A stretch of DNA of 64,000 bases from Chloroflexota bacterium (GCA_964291655.2 OZ219802.1:1888001-1952000), one strand, 5' to 3'; counted from the stretch's first letter, positions 1-10,422 are shown. The notes: a model not told the origin generated them from the sequence alone. Program-made: numbers and translations.

Positions 1-1871
1 AGCAGCAGTTCTTTGCAGCCGCCGCCGGCGGGCACCAGGCCCACGGCGGTCTCCACCAAGCCCACGTAGCTCTCTCGCGCCGCCACCACGCGCTGCGCCG
101 AAAGACCGAGTTCCAGCCCGCCGCCAAGCGCGCGCCCATACAGGACGGTCACAAAGGGTACGGGCATGCGCTTGAGCGCCAGCAGCGAGTACTGCAGCTT
201 GTGGATGAAGCGCTCGATAACGTCCCATTGCTGCTCTTGGGCGGCCTGGAGAATCATCGCGAGGTTCGCGCCGACGCAGACGTTAGGCTGCACGTGGCTG
301 CTGAGCACGAGACCCCGAAACGCGGACGGCACTTGCTCAGCGGCAATTTGAAGCATGTCGAGCACGTCCGCATCAATCGTCTGCTTCGGCCCGTGCACGT
401 CCAGAAAGGCGATGCCCTCGCCCAGGTCGCGGAGGGTCGCACCGGCGCGAGAAACGATCGTTTGGGACTGCGCCTGCAACCACGGCAGCGAGAGTGACTT
501 TTCACTGCCGCTGACATGCGCGTAACCGGACGCCGGTGTGGCCTGCTCTGTGCCCTTGTCGGTATAGCGGTAAAAGGGTTCGCTCTGCCGCGCCAGCGCG
601 TCTACCCACGGCGGTACCGCCAGGCCGTCGCGCCCCATGCGGCGTGCCGTCTCGGCAATGCCCAGGGCTTCCCAGGTCTCAAAGGGTCCCAATTCCCAGG
701 CGAATCCCCAACGCATGGCGTTATCGATGCTGGCGATTTCGTCGGCGACTTCGGGGATCTTGGCGACGGCAAAGGCGAAGAGCCGCGAGAGAATGCGCCA
801 GGCAAGCCGCCCGGCATCATCGTCGGCCCGTGCCAAAGCGGATATCCGGTCGCCGGTATCTTCTAGCTTTCGCACAGCACGGAGTGAAGGCGCATCCAAC
901 GAGCGCTGCGGACGGTACTCTAAGGCCTCTGGGTCGAGCACCAGGATCTCCCTGCCGCCGTCCGTCTCCTCGCGCTTGTAGAAGCCTTGACCGCTCTTTG
1001 CGCCCAGCCAGCCGCGCGCAACCATCTCTCTAACGAAGGCTGGCACGGCGAACGCCTCTTTCTCCCACGCCGCCGGCACCGTGGCCTGCAGCTTGTCGCA
1101 GATGTCTACGTAGACATCCAAGCCGATCAGGTCGAGGGTGCGAAAGGTGGCACTGCGGGGACGGCCCAGCGGCAGGCCGGTGACGGCGTCCACCTCGTCC
1201 GGACCAAGGCCCAAGTCCTGCATTGCGCGCAGGGTCTCCGCGAAAACGTAGAGCCCGATGCGGTTGCCGACGAAGCCGGGCACGTCGTGGGCAAGCACGC
1301 AACCCTTGCCCAGCGTCTCGCTGCCGAGCCGTTGCACGGCTGCCGTAACCGCGGGATCAGTCTCGTCCGTGGGGATCAGTTCGAAGAGCCGCAGGTAGCG
1401 GGGCGGGTTGAAGAAGTGCGCACCGAGAAATCTTTGTCTCACGGCCGGCGGCAGCACGTTGGCTATGGAGTGGATGGGAATGCTGGACGTATTGGTGCTG
1501 GCGATGGCGTCGTCCCGCACATGCGGCGCCAGTGTCGACCAGAGGCGCTGCTTGATCGCAAGGTCCTCGAAGACCGCCTCGACAATCCAATCACATTCGG
1601 CTAACCGCTCGCAGTGGTCCTCCACGTTGCCGGGGCGGACACGGTCCAGGTCGCCGCGATTGAAAAGCGGCGACGGACGCATGGCAGCGAGTTTTTCCAG
1701 GGCCGCTTCCGCCCGCCGGTCGCGACCTTCTGCATCCGGCACGTCGAGCAATTCGCATTCAATGCCGAAACCGGCCAACAGCGCGGCAATCTGCGCGCCC
1801 ATGGTGCCCGCGCCGATGACGGCAGCGCGGCGGACGGTCCAATCGCCTTTCGCAAGACCCGAATTTGCCAA
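1..1871 (-). CDS. 3-hydroxyacyl-CoA dehydrogenase / enoyl-CoA hydratase multifunctional protein (FadN-like), runs off the left edge
   Basis: Manual translation (not in ORF track because no stop is in the window): TTG at 1871 after AAGGGAA; N-terminal Rossmann motif VRRAAVIGAGTMGAQIA; crotonase-type ESYVGLVETAVGLVPAGGGCKELL at the window edge. Confidence 0.88.
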   Translation of the reverse strand, partial: MANSGLAKGDWTVRRAAVIGAGTMGAQIAALLAGFGIECELLDVPDAEGRDRRAEAALEKLAAMRPSPLFNRGDLDRVRPGNVEDHCERLAECDWIVEAVFEDLAIKQRLWSTLAPHVRDDAIASTNTSSIPIHSIANVLPPAVRQRFLGAHFFNPPRYLRLFELIPTDETDPAVTAAVQRLGSETLGKGCVLAHDVPGFVGNRIGLYVFAETLRAMQDLGLGPDEVDAVTGLPLGRPRSATFRTLDLIGLDVYVDICDKLQATVPAAWEKEAFAVPAFVREMVARGWLGAKSGQGFYKREETDGGREILVLDPEALEYRPQRSLDAPSLRAVRKLEDTGDRISALARADDDAGRLAWRILSRLFAFAVAKIPEVADEIASIDNAMRWGFAWELGPFETWEALGIAETARRMGRDGLAVPPWVDALARQSEPFYRYTDKGTEQATPASGYAHVSGSEKSLSLPWLQAQSQTIVSRAGATLRDLGEGIAFLDVHGPKQTIDADVLDMLQIAAEQVPSAFRGLVLSSHVQPNVCVGANLAMILQAAQEQQWDVIERFIHKLQYSLLALKRMPVPFVTVLYGRALGGGLELGLSAQRVVAARESYVGLVETAVGLVPAGGGCKELL

Positions 1872-1955
1872 GACTATTCCCTTCTTGTGCTGTGCTAACG
1901 GTGTCGGCGTGGGAAGTATCTAGTCCGCTATGGTGCTAACATCCCGCTTCAAAGA

Positions 1956-2823
1956 GCGGGGGACAAGCCCCCCAGTTGCGTCATTCCCGTGAAAACGGGA
2001 ATCCATCCTCTCTTCGCTGCACGCACACAGTGCTGAAGATGCGGGGGACAAGCCCCCGCGCTACAGTCCAGAGGCCGTCATTCCGGCGAAAGCCGGAATC
2101 CAGTCGCCACACATTCAGTAGAGCGGAAGTGTGTCGAGCCTGACGACCGATGCGTCCAGGTCAACAAGCTACTTACGATAGCCCAAGTATATTCCTTGTT
2201 GCGCTGCGGCGAAGGCGGCAAGCCCGCCAGAACCTTCGCCGCATTGTTAGTCTTCCTGCGCCCAGGAGCGGGGGGTTATACCCCTTCCAGTGCCGTCAAT
2301 CCCGTGAAAACGGGAATCCGTCCACTCTTCGCTGCACGCGCACTGTGCTAAAGATGCGGGGGACAAGCCCCCGCGCTACTACAGTTCAAAGGCCATCACT
2401 CCCGCGAAAGTTCGCCTCCGCATCGGGGGCGCGGAATCCATCTTCTCCGCAACGTGTGCGCACTGCCACAGGCGGGAGACTAGCTTCAATGACGTTGCAA
2501 TTGCCACTAAAGCGCGGAACATGGTACTTGCAAGTCCCCACATCCCCGGTAGCGCAGGTTTGTAACCTGCGTCTGTATTGGGCCAATCGTTGTGTGCCCT
2601 CTTCCCCAGTACGGTGCCCATGGGAAAAGGCCTGTTTCTCCTTGTATCCAGGAGCGGGGGACAAGCCCCCGCTCTACAGTCCAGAGGCCGTCATTCCGGC
2701 GAAAGCCGGAATCCAGTCGCCACACATTCAGTAGAGCGGAAGTGTGTCGAGCCTGACGACCGATGCGTCCAGGTCAACAGGCAACTTACGATAGCCCAAG
2801 TATATTCCTTGTTGCGCTGCGGC
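1956..2823. repeat. Mosaic cluster of REP-like palindromes with a ~170-bp direct duplication
   Basis: GCGGGGGACAAGCCCCCGC at 1956, 2041, 2356, 2654; CGTCATTCCGGCGAAAGCCGGAATCC-type at ~1979, 2076, 2293, 2688; GTAGCGCAGGTTTGTAACCTGCG at 2549; 2041-2210 is nearly identical to 2654-2823. Confidence 0.9.
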
Positions 2824-2877
2824 TTGCATTCCAGGTTCGAGCTAACACTCGCACAAGACTCCGCCTACTCAAAAAGC

Positions 2878-4491
2878 CTAGGTGCACGCGATGATTACCG
2901 CCCCCTCACCACGCGGGTCGGAGCCGCCATCCAGCCTGCCGTCTGTCCCGATTGTAACGAGCTGGCAGAGCGCAAAGCGGGACGGATAGCTGATGGGGCT
3001 TTGCTCCACGGTGAAACCCTTTGACCGCAGCGCGTCGCACGTATCCGTGCGCATGCGGGCGTCGCACCAGATTGTGTCGCCTTCGGCGTGGATGCGCGGC
3101 GCTGTCACCGCTTCCGTGGCGGTCATGCCGAAATCGACCACGTTCGTAAATGCCTGCAACAGGGCGCTCAGGATGGCGTTGCCGCCCGGCGCGCCCCACG
3201 CCACACACGGCTTGCCATCCCGCGTGGCAATGGCCGGCATCATCAGGTGCAGCCGCGCTTTGCGGGGAGCGAAGGAACTGGCGCGGCCCGGCCGGGGATC
3301 AAAGCGGTTCATGCCGTTGTTGTAGACAAATCCCATGCCCGGCGTGATGACGCCCGAATGGTTCCCGTTGCTGTGGGTAATGCACGCGATATTGCCCGCC
3401 GCGTCCACCACGGTGAGGTGGGTCGTATCCCCGTGCTCATGGGGTGGCGCGACGCCGCCTACGGTACCGGCCGTCACCGCCGCCCGGAGTTGGGCCGTGC
3501 GCTCCGTCGAAAGCAGCACCGACTCTGGTTTGTGAGATAGGAAATCCGGGTCTCCCAAGTAATCGCGCCGGTCTTGATTTACCAATTGCAGCGTAGACCC
3601 CAGATGGGAAAAATAATCCGTGCTGCCGTGTCCCAGCCCGGTGAGATCGAACCCCGCGAGCACGTTCAGCGACTGCAGCAGCAGCGGCCCGCCGCCCGGC
3701 GCGCCGTTGCTATACACCGTGTAGTCGCGGTAGGAAGTTGCGCGGGGGGCGTACGTGACCGGTCTGTACACGGCCAGATCGTCGCGGGTTACAAACGCGC
3801 CGTTGCGCTCCAGGTCATTGCCTATGCGCTGGGCCAACTCGCCGTGGTAGAAGTCATCCGCCCCGGCCGCGGCAAGCTGTTCGAGTGTATCGGCATACGC
3901 GGGATTGCAAAGCTGCTCGTCCGCGTCAAACAGCGCTCCGTCCGGTTTCAGGTAAAGCGCGGCACAATCGGCCGTTGCGCTCAGACGTTCGACACGGCTG
4001 GGTCTGTAGGGCTCCGGTTGCTCGTTGGTGACTTGCGCCATGCCCGGCAGCACGGGAAAGCCCTGCCGCGCGATGCGGATTGCCGGCTGCAGGAGGTCGC
4101 GCCAGGGCATGGTGCCAAAGCTGCGGTGCACCTCGCCCAAGGCGGCCACCGCGCCGGGCGTGCAGATAGAGGTGTAGCCCATAGTGCTGCGGTAGTCCTC
4201 GAAGAGGCTCTCACCGCTGAACTCGCCTTCACCGCGATAGTCGGCAAGCCACATGTCCTCCGTCACCTGCGATCCGGCGCGCAGGCAGCCATCCACGATT
4301 ACGTGGGCATCGTGCGCACGCGAAAAGAGGTGCGCCGACACCATGCCCCCGACACCGCAACTGAAGGGCGTCACGATCATCTGCACGAAAGCGGTGGCAA
4401 TGGCAGCGTCAAAGGCATTTCCGCCCGCTTCCAGAATTTTCGCGCCTTCCTCAGCGGCGCGGGGATGGACGCAGGCTACGATTCCAGGCAT
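2878..4491 (-). CDS. Gamma-glutamyltransferase family (Ntn-hydrolase) protein
   Basis: GGNAFDAAIATA N-terminus, autoproteolysis motif HGDTTHLTVVDAAGN, GAPGG and C-terminal GGSDPRGEG. Confidence 0.9.
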   Translation of the reverse strand: MPGIVACVHPRAAEEGAKILEAGGNAFDAAIATAFVQMIVTPFSCGVGGMVSAHLFSRAHDAHVIVDGCLRAGSQVTEDMWLADYRGEGEFSGESLFEDYRSTMGYTSICTPGAVAALGEVHRSFGTMPWRDLLQPAIRIARQGFPVLPGMAQVTNEQPEPYRPSRVERLSATADCAALYLKPDGALFDADEQLCNPAYADTLEQLAAAGADDFYHGELAQRIGNDLERNGAFVTRDDLAVYRPVTYAPRATSYRDYTVYSNGAPGGGPLLLQSLNVLAGFDLTGLGHGSTDYFSHLGSTLQLVNQDRRDYLGDPDFLSHKPESVLLSTERTAQLRAAVTAGTVGGVAPPHEHGDTTHLTVVDAAGNIACITHSNGNHSGVITPGMGFVYNNGMNRFDPRPGRASSFAPRKARLHLMMPAIATRDGKPCVAWGAPGGNAILSALLQAFTNVVDFGMTATEAVTAPRIHAEGDTIWCDARMRTDTCDALRSKGFTVEQSPISYPSRFALCQLVTIGTDGRLDGGSDPRGEGAVIIACT

Positions 4492-4635
4492 CCTTTGCGC
4501 TCCTCAAATTGCGGAAACTCGTTACTTCAAGACTCTTCTCGTGTAGGACTCTCATCTCTTACTTGCCCTGGGCGAGCTGGCAGTTTGCTCGGCTCTCTAT
4601 TCCAACGAATGTGGCCGGCCCACGTCCGTTATTCC

Positions 4636-4889
4636 TGTAAGTGATGAGTAATTCGTTGACAGAATACTCTCCCAAATTGGCAGTGTTGACAGATCATGTC
4701 ATTCCGAGCGCAGTGAGGAATCTAGGGCCCATGCAACGTGTCGCCCAATAGGCTCAACATCTTAGATTCCGCGCTCCGAGCGACTCTTCGCTGCGCTCCG
4801 TTCGGAATGACATGTGTACTGTTCATGTAGAGTACTGCGTTCAGCTGCTTCTGTTCTCAAATCTGTCAACGAATTACCTGACATTTACA
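4636..4889 (+). mobile_element. MITE family B copy 1 (254 bp, TGT...ACA ends, internal REP doublet)
   Basis: Imperfect terminal IRs TGTAAGTGATGAGTAATTCGTTGACAGA / TCTGTCAACGAATTACCTGACATTTACA; 5-bp direct repeat ATTCC at 4631-4635 and 4890-4894. Confidence 0.85.
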
Positions 4890-5029
4890 ATTCCGTCGGA
4901 AGCCAGCAGCCATCTTTGCCGCGTCCAGCGCACAGTCCTCACCCGAGACTCCGGCGTGCGCCGGAGTGACAGGTGGAATTCCATTCGCCGCTCGCTCCAC
5001 GTCACGGCCTGGCGCGCGATAGGCCGGTA

Positions 5030-5464
5030 TCACTCCAGCCTGCCGCTCGCCGTACCGACGACGACCGGCGTGCCGTCCTGGTTTTCGCACCAGACGTCGA
5101 GCGAGAATTGGACACCTGAATCTGTACTCTCTATGTCAGTGACGCGAGCCTTGGAAACGATGTCGTCACCGGCGTCGATGATGCCGATGAACTTAGAGGT
5201 GAGCTCACCGTGGCTAAGCCACGCCTCGCCAAAGAGGTCAACCAGCAGTTCCGTCAGGTGGCCGAGGCACATGGCGCCGGAGGCGGCTCGGGTGGGCAGG
5301 CCGCTCGCCTGCGCGGCGGCAAGGTCGGTGTGCACATTCTTGGCGGGCCAGCCGTCAAAACGCGGCCAGCCGCCGGAAAAGAGCCACGTGCGGTACGATG
5401 TAACCTTCTTCGTGCGGCCCGTTACGGTGTGGCCTACGGGCGCGTCGGGCGAGATCTGTTGCAT
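5030..5464 (-). CDS. MaoC-like hotdog-fold dehydratase subunit
   Basis: KNVHTDLAAAQASGLPTRAASG hydratase-2-like motif; C-terminal VWCENQDGTPVVVGTA. Confidence 0.75.
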   Translation of the reverse strand: MQQISPDAPVGHTVTGRTKKVTSYRTWLFSGGWPRFDGWPAKNVHTDLAAAQASGLPTRAASGAMCLGHLTELLVDLFGEAWLSHGELTSKFIGIIDAGDDIVSKARVTDIESTDSGVQFSLDVWCENQDGTPVVVGTASGRLE

Positions 5465-5507
5465 CTATGTGTCCTTGCTGCGTTATCTTCCAGCTTTCCG
5501 TCATTCC

Positions 5508-5751
5508 TGTAAGTGTTGAGTAATTTGTTGACAGAATTCTCTCTCTCAAATTGGCAGTGTTGACAGATCATGTCATTCCGAGCGGAGCGAGGAATCTAGG
5601 GCCCATGCAACGTGTCGCACAATAGGCTCAACATCCTAGATTCCTCTCTTCGCTGCGCTCCGTTCGGAATGACATGTGTACTGTTCATGTAGAGTACTGC
5701 GTTCAGTTGCTTTTGTTCTCAAATCTGTCAACGAATTACTCAACGCTTACA
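5508..5751 (+). mobile_element. MITE family B copy 2 (244 bp; both ends of left-end type)
   Basis: Body nearly identical to 4636-4889; ends TGTAAGTGTTGAGTAATT / AATTACTCAACGCTTACA; flanked by inverted GTCATTCC / GGAATGAC rather than a direct TSD. Confidence 0.82.
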
Positions 5752-5760
5752 GGAATGACA

Positions 5761-6189
5761 TTACTCTTTCCCCATGTAGATGTTCGTCGAAACACGGCGA
5801 AGCACTTGTGCGCCGGTCTCGGTGGTAATGAGCGCCTCGACAACCTGGTACTCTCGTTCCCGCTTACTATAGGTGTCTAAGATTTTCCAGGAAACGATGA
5901 TAGTGCTCCCAACAGGCGCGGGCTCATAGTACGTGGCTTCTTCATGAGTGTGAATGGCCGCCACACCGGCGGGCAGGGAAAACGAAGGACTGCGCGTCAG
6001 ATTGCTGAAGTTGAAGAGCAGCCCGGCGTGGATGATAGGCGGCGCGCCATCCTCGCCTGTCACATAGCGTAGATGTAAGTCCTCCACTGCGTGCAGGAAG
6101 TTCTCGTTGAATTCCTCCGTCACCTGAAAGGTGAACGGGTCCAGTTCATCACCGGCGACGAGCCGGTCGGTACGTTGCGGTGTTCCCAC
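5761..6189 (-). CDS. Hotdog-fold (MaoC-like) protein
   Basis: Size and pattern AIHTHEEATYYEPAPVGSTIIVSWKILDTYSKREREY typical of MaoC-like partner subunits; co-oriented with CoA ligase and second MaoC gene. Confidence 0.65.
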   Translation of the reverse strand: MGTPQRTDRLVAGDELDPFTFQVTEEFNENFLHAVEDLHLRYVTGEDGAPPIIHAGLLFNFSNLTRSPSFSLPAGVAAIHTHEEATYYEPAPVGSTIIVSWKILDTYSKREREYQVVEALITTETGAQVLRRVSTNIYMGKE

Positions 6190-6233
6190 GATGGCGCACT
6201 CTTTCTTAGATTGAGAAGTCTTGCTAATACTGC

Positions 6234-7643
6234 TTACATATCCACTCGTTCGTCCACAAAGCGCTTGAACTTGTAGCCGCCCGCGATTTCGCCAAAGCCG
6301 TCCGCCGGCAGGAACTCAATTTCGGGACTTATCTCCGTTTCGGCGCGCACGGTGGCCGCGATCTCGTGCCGTAAGCGCTCTCGTTCTGCCTCAGCGCAGG
6401 CGGCTCGCACCCGGAGTATGTCGGCGGAGAGCGGATCGTGGGGAGTCTCTCGACTGATGACAACCTGGTACTCCCTCACCCCGCGGCTGAGCAAACCCGA
6501 TAGTCCTTCTAACAGCATAGCCGGATTCACCAAGGTGCCCTTGACCTTCGTCAGGCCGTCTACGCGATACGGGCTGCCCAGGAAGCGCGGCTCATTGCGG
6601 CCGCAGTGGGGACACTGCTCGTGAGAGAGCGCCACGACGTCGCCGGCCGCGTAACGCAGCAGCACCGTGCCGCGCCGGTTGAGGTGCGTCAGGACCAGCA
6701 GGCCCCGCGCGCCGTCGGGTACGGGCGCATAGGTCTGCGGGTCAACCACCTCAAAGTGGAACTGCTCGGGCGCGGGCAGATGAGCGCCGCCGTTTTCGCG
6801 GCACTCGGTGGACGGCCCCATGAGCTCCGTCATGCCGTAGCCGTTATTGACCGTGACGTGCGGGCTGCCCAGGCGCGTGAGCCGCGCGCGCATGTCGTCG
6901 CGCATAGCCGTGGGGCAGGGCTCGCCCATTGCCATGACCAGCCGCACGGCGCTGAAGTCTTTTCCAAGTTCCTCAGCGCGCAAGATGATGCGCCGGACGT
7001 ACGAGGTGATGCCCCACAACACCGTGGCGCGTTGGCTCTCGATGAGGTCTATGGCCTCGTCCATGCGCCTATGCACCGGAAAGTCAGCATAGGCACGGCC
7101 GGTATGGGCGCTGAGCAGCTTACTGCCGGTCGCCATGGCGCCCCACGTGGCGCTCAAGTAACCCTGGTGCGGCACAGCGCTTAAAGGAAAGAGATTCATC
7201 ACCGTGTCGTCAGGCCCGACGCCCGCAATGCGCGCGCCGCGCTCCAGCAGATCGATGCGCGCAAAGCGATCGTGCACCGTGTCGTAGAACGGTGTCGGCT
7301 CGCCGGTTGACCCCGACGTATAGATGATGTCGGCAATCGTTCGCTCCTCCAGGCTCAGGCCGGCGGCGCGGGCGGGGTCAAGCCGAAACGACTCCGGATC
7401 GCGGACGTAGTCCTGTTTGGTCATGGGCGGCAGTTTGGGAATGTCATCTACGGTGCGGAAGTCGTCGGGCGTCAGCCCGTGCTCCCGCAGAACCCGGCGC
7501 GCATAGGGATGCGCCTGCGCCCACAGCGGCGCCATGCGCTGCAGGTAGGCGTTCTGCCGCTCGCGCAGCCGCTGGAGGTACGCGCTGGTTGCTGCCTCAG
7601 CGGACGGTTCTTGCATCTGCCGACTCTCAATGCGTGCGCTCAT
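6234..7643 (-). CDS. Phenylacetate-CoA ligase (PaaK)-like AMP-binding enzyme
   Basis: YTSGSTGEP adenylate-forming P-loop, NGYGMTE, LLRYAAGD, TKVKGTLVNP, C-terminal KFKRFVDER. Confidence 0.85.
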   Translation of the reverse strand: MSARIESRQMQEPSAEAATSAYLQRLRERQNAYLQRMAPLWAQAHPYARRVLREHGLTPDDFRTVDDIPKLPPMTKQDYVRDPESFRLDPARAAGLSLEERTIADIIYTSGSTGEPTPFYDTVHDRFARIDLLERGARIAGVGPDDTVMNLFPLSAVPHQGYLSATWGAMATGSKLLSAHTGRAYADFPVHRRMDEAIDLIESQRATVLWGITSYVRRIILRAEELGKDFSAVRLVMAMGEPCPTAMRDDMRARLTRLGSPHVTVNNGYGMTELMGPSTECRENGGAHLPAPEQFHFEVVDPQTYAPVPDGARGLLVLTHLNRRGTVLLRYAAGDVVALSHEQCPHCGRNEPRFLGSPYRVDGLTKVKGTLVNPAMLLEGLSGLLSRGVREYQVVISRETPHDPLSADILRVRAACAEAERERLRHEIAATVRAETEISPEIEFLPADGFGEIAGGYKFKRFVDERVDM

Positions 7644-8142
7644 CGTTGCCGTACTCAGTTGCCGTGCGTTGTTTTCCGCGACCTACGCCCATGTTGTGGC
7701 TATGGGAATTGGGCAAGGGTTGTGCAGGCTGCTTGGTTGCCTGTATGGATTTACCGATTCTAGCGCGGCGGGTAGGTGGTTTCAAGGAGCAGCGGTGCGA
7801 GCGGGCGGGCGTGAAGGGCTGAATCGCTGCCATTACTGTCCGAGGGATGTGCTTTGCTGTATCCCGGAATGAGGCGGACCCCTGCTAGGGCCGCGGGGTT
7901 GGTTCTGGCTCGGTGGTGTAAAATGTCACCAACGGTCGTAGACCCTGAAGCACGATTGGATTGTCTCGAGTTGGACGGGAGCAGGCGGAAGGGCGCGTGC
8001 TCGTTTCCATTTCGAGTTAGGAGGCGGGGGACAAGCCCCCGCGCTACCTGAAGCCGGATTTGCAGTTGCAAAAGCATATTGACCGTAATTTGAGGTCAGA
8101 CACTGAGGTGACACAAGCCAGCAAAGTTGGGAGGAAATTAGC

Positions 8143-9120
8143 ATGGCAAGCACGCAGATGTTGTCGGAAGTGATCACCGATTCTCGGGCGTGGACCGCGC
8201 AGTCAATCGATGGGGGCGAGTCGTGGCGCTACACTCTGACGGCGGACTGCTTTGCGGAGCTTGACGCCTTTGTCGCACAGCGGCGAGGCCAGTCCCAGCC
8301 GATTACTGAGACGCGGATTGCAAGCGCCGACTTTCCGGCTTGCGCCGCAGTCCTGAACGATGCTGTTGTCGCCTTGGAGAGCGGGCGGGGATTCATTATC
8401 GTCGAGCGGCTGTCGTTCGAGCGGTATTCCCGCGAGGAGGCCCAGATGGTCTATTGGGTCATCGGCCAGCTTCTCGGTGCGCCGTTCGCCCAGGACGTGA
8501 AAGGCACGCTGCTCTATGACGTGCGCGATACCGGGCAGGACGTATCCAAAGGGGCGCGCTTCTCCGTGAGCAACCTGGAGAGCAGTTTTCACATGGACCA
8601 CTGCTTCGGCGACCCCATTCCCGACATTCTCGGTCTGCTCAGCTTGCAGGGGGCGAAGTCCGGCGGCAGGAGCCAGTTCCTCAGCGCGTATACGCTGCAC
8701 AACGAACTGCTCACCAAGTGCCCGGACGCGCTGCCGATCCTCTATGAAAATTTCTACTTCGACCGGCGGGGGCAGTTCAAAGAGGGCGAAAAGCCGGTCT
8801 TCGAAGCGCCAATCTTTCGCTGGGATGCGCAGGGCCTGCACATCCGCTACCTGTACTACTACATTCAGGTGGGGCAAGAGAAGATGGGTGAGCCATTCAG
8901 TCCCGCGCAAGCCAAGGCGCTAGAGGCGGTGGAAGCGACGCTGACCCGCCAAGACCTGCACGTTGAGATGCTGCTCGAGCCGGGCCAGATGCTCTTCACA
9001 AGCAACCATTGGCTGCTGCACAACCGCACCTCTTTTGAAGACTATCCCGAACCGGAGCGGCGGCGGCACCTGGTGCGTCTCTGGTTGAGCAACCGCAACG
9101 GCGCAGTGGCACACCATTAG
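8143..9120 (+). CDS. TauD/TfdA-family Fe(II)/2-oxoglutarate dioxygenase
   Basis: HMD facial-triad motif, LLHNRTSFED and RRHLVRLWL; RBS GGAGGA. Confidence 0.88.
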   Translation: MASTQMLSEVITDSRAWTAQSIDGGESWRYTLTADCFAELDAFVAQRRGQSQPITETRIASADFPACAAVLNDAVVALESGRGFIIVERLSFERYSREEAQMVYWVIGQLLGAPFAQDVKGTLLYDVRDTGQDVSKGARFSVSNLESSFHMDHCFGDPIPDILGLLSLQGAKSGGRSQFLSAYTLHNELLTKCPDALPILYENFYFDRRGQFKEGEKPVFEAPIFRWDAQGLHIRYLYYYIQVGQEKMGEPFSPAQAKALEAVEATLTRQDLHVEMLLEPGQMLFTSNHWLLHNRTSFEDYPEPERRRHLVRLWLSNRNGAVAHH

Positions 9121-9197
9121 GCAGGCAGATGGGAAGCTGCCGGCAGTTTAGGCTCTGTACGCAATGGCCTTCTAGGTACCTCGCCACGCGAAGGAGC

Positions 9198-9662
9198 CCC
9201 TCTCCCGTGGCGAAGAGCATTGCGTAGCCGCCGCTGCAGGGAGAAAGTCCCCTCTCCCTTGAGGAGAGCTTTGCGTAACCCACGCCGGGACGGGAAAGTC
9301 CCCTCTCCCGGCGGAGACCTTTGCATAACCCCACTTTCAAGCAGGGGCACTCCCTCTCCCCGAGGAGAGGGTACAGAGCGCGGAACCGAGTGAAAATTAA
9401 GCCGCTCCGGTTCCCTCTCCTGGGGGAGAGGGTTAGAGCCTGCCCCGTACTCGATACGGGGGTGAGGGGGAAATAAACGCAGTACTGGCCAGCTCTAACT
9501 GAATTACCGTAGGCATGCAGTAGATTCTCTCTATAGGTGAGACGACTCATGCAAGAATCCCCTCACCCCGACCCTCTCTCCGAGGAGAGGGAGAAATTGC
9601 TGCGTCCCTGACCGAACTCCTACAAGACTTTCCATGGCGAGAGCAGGCCGGGATGAGGGTGA
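9198..9662. repeat. CCCTCTCCC-family REP cluster including a ~50-bp tandem array
   Basis: Four CCCTCTCCC units at ~50-bp spacing (9198-9370), followed by CCCTCTCC...GGAGAGGG hairpins and GGGTGAGGG / CCCTCACCC motifs. Confidence 0.85.
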
Positions 9663-9834
9663 GATTTCGGCAAGACGTATGAAAGCGTAGAGGCACGACA
9701 TGTCGTGCCCCTACCGGTTAGGTGGCAGACCGGTTTCCTCGTTCGCTAGAATCCCAAAACAAAAGGGAACAACCGCCTCGCTACGCTGAATTTGATGGAA
9801 GACCCAAGAATTCCTGACCTAAAGGAGAATTGCC

Positions 9835-10422
9835 ATGGCCGCCAACGAAGAACTGCGGGCAAGCGTCCGCCAAAGCTTTCCGGAATTAGCCGAGATCTCA
9901 GACACGACGCTGCGGGAGCAGGTGGTGGAGGCCTGGGCGTTTGCCCTCTCGGAAACCGAATTCACGGCCATCGAGCAGATGCGCGCGTCCGGCAACCCGG
10001 ATACCCCCGCCATGAAGCAAGGCACCCAAGCCGACCACCTGCGCGGCGTGGCCCGCATTGCCTTGGCCATGGCCGATTCCCTGGAGCAGGTGGTGGGGCC
10101 GCTGGGCATCGACCGCGACCTGCTATGCGCCGCTGCGCTCTGTCACGATCTGGGCAAGCCGTTCGAATTCAGTCCCGCCAACCAGGCGCGCTGGCGCGCC
10201 GACCCCCGCAAGGCGGGCTTCCCTGCAGTGCGGCATCCCGCGTATGGCGTGCACGTGGCGCTTACCGTGGGTCTGCCGGAAGCTATTGTGCACACGGCCG
10301 GCGCCCACTCCGCCGAGGGTGAAAACGTCGAGCGCAGCCTGGTAAACACCATCGTGCATCTGGCAGACCATGCGTATTGGACTATCCTGCGACGCGCCGG
10401 AGCCTTAGAAGAGGAAGCGTAG
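9835..10422 (+). CDS. HD-domain metal-dependent phosphohydrolase
   Basis: DHLRGV, LCHDLGK, RHPAYG, AHSAEG, IVHLAD motifs; RBS AAGGAG. Confidence 0.88.
   Translation: MAANEELRASVRQSFPELAEISDTTLREQVVEAWAFALSETEFTAIEQMRASGNPDTPAMKQGTQADHLRGVARIALAMADSLEQVVGPLGIDRDLLCAAALCHDLGKPFEFSPANQARWRADPRKAGFPAVRHPAYGVHVALTVGLPEAIVHTAGAHSAEGENVERSLVNTIVHLADHAYWTILRRAGALEEEA

Noticed and set aside
4812-5519. ORFs such as 4812-5519, 5674-5880, 42135-42374, 48210-49742 sharing the peptide NLSTNY
   Set aside because: The shared peptide is a translation of the MITE-B terminal repeat; the rest are antisense shadows of real genes.
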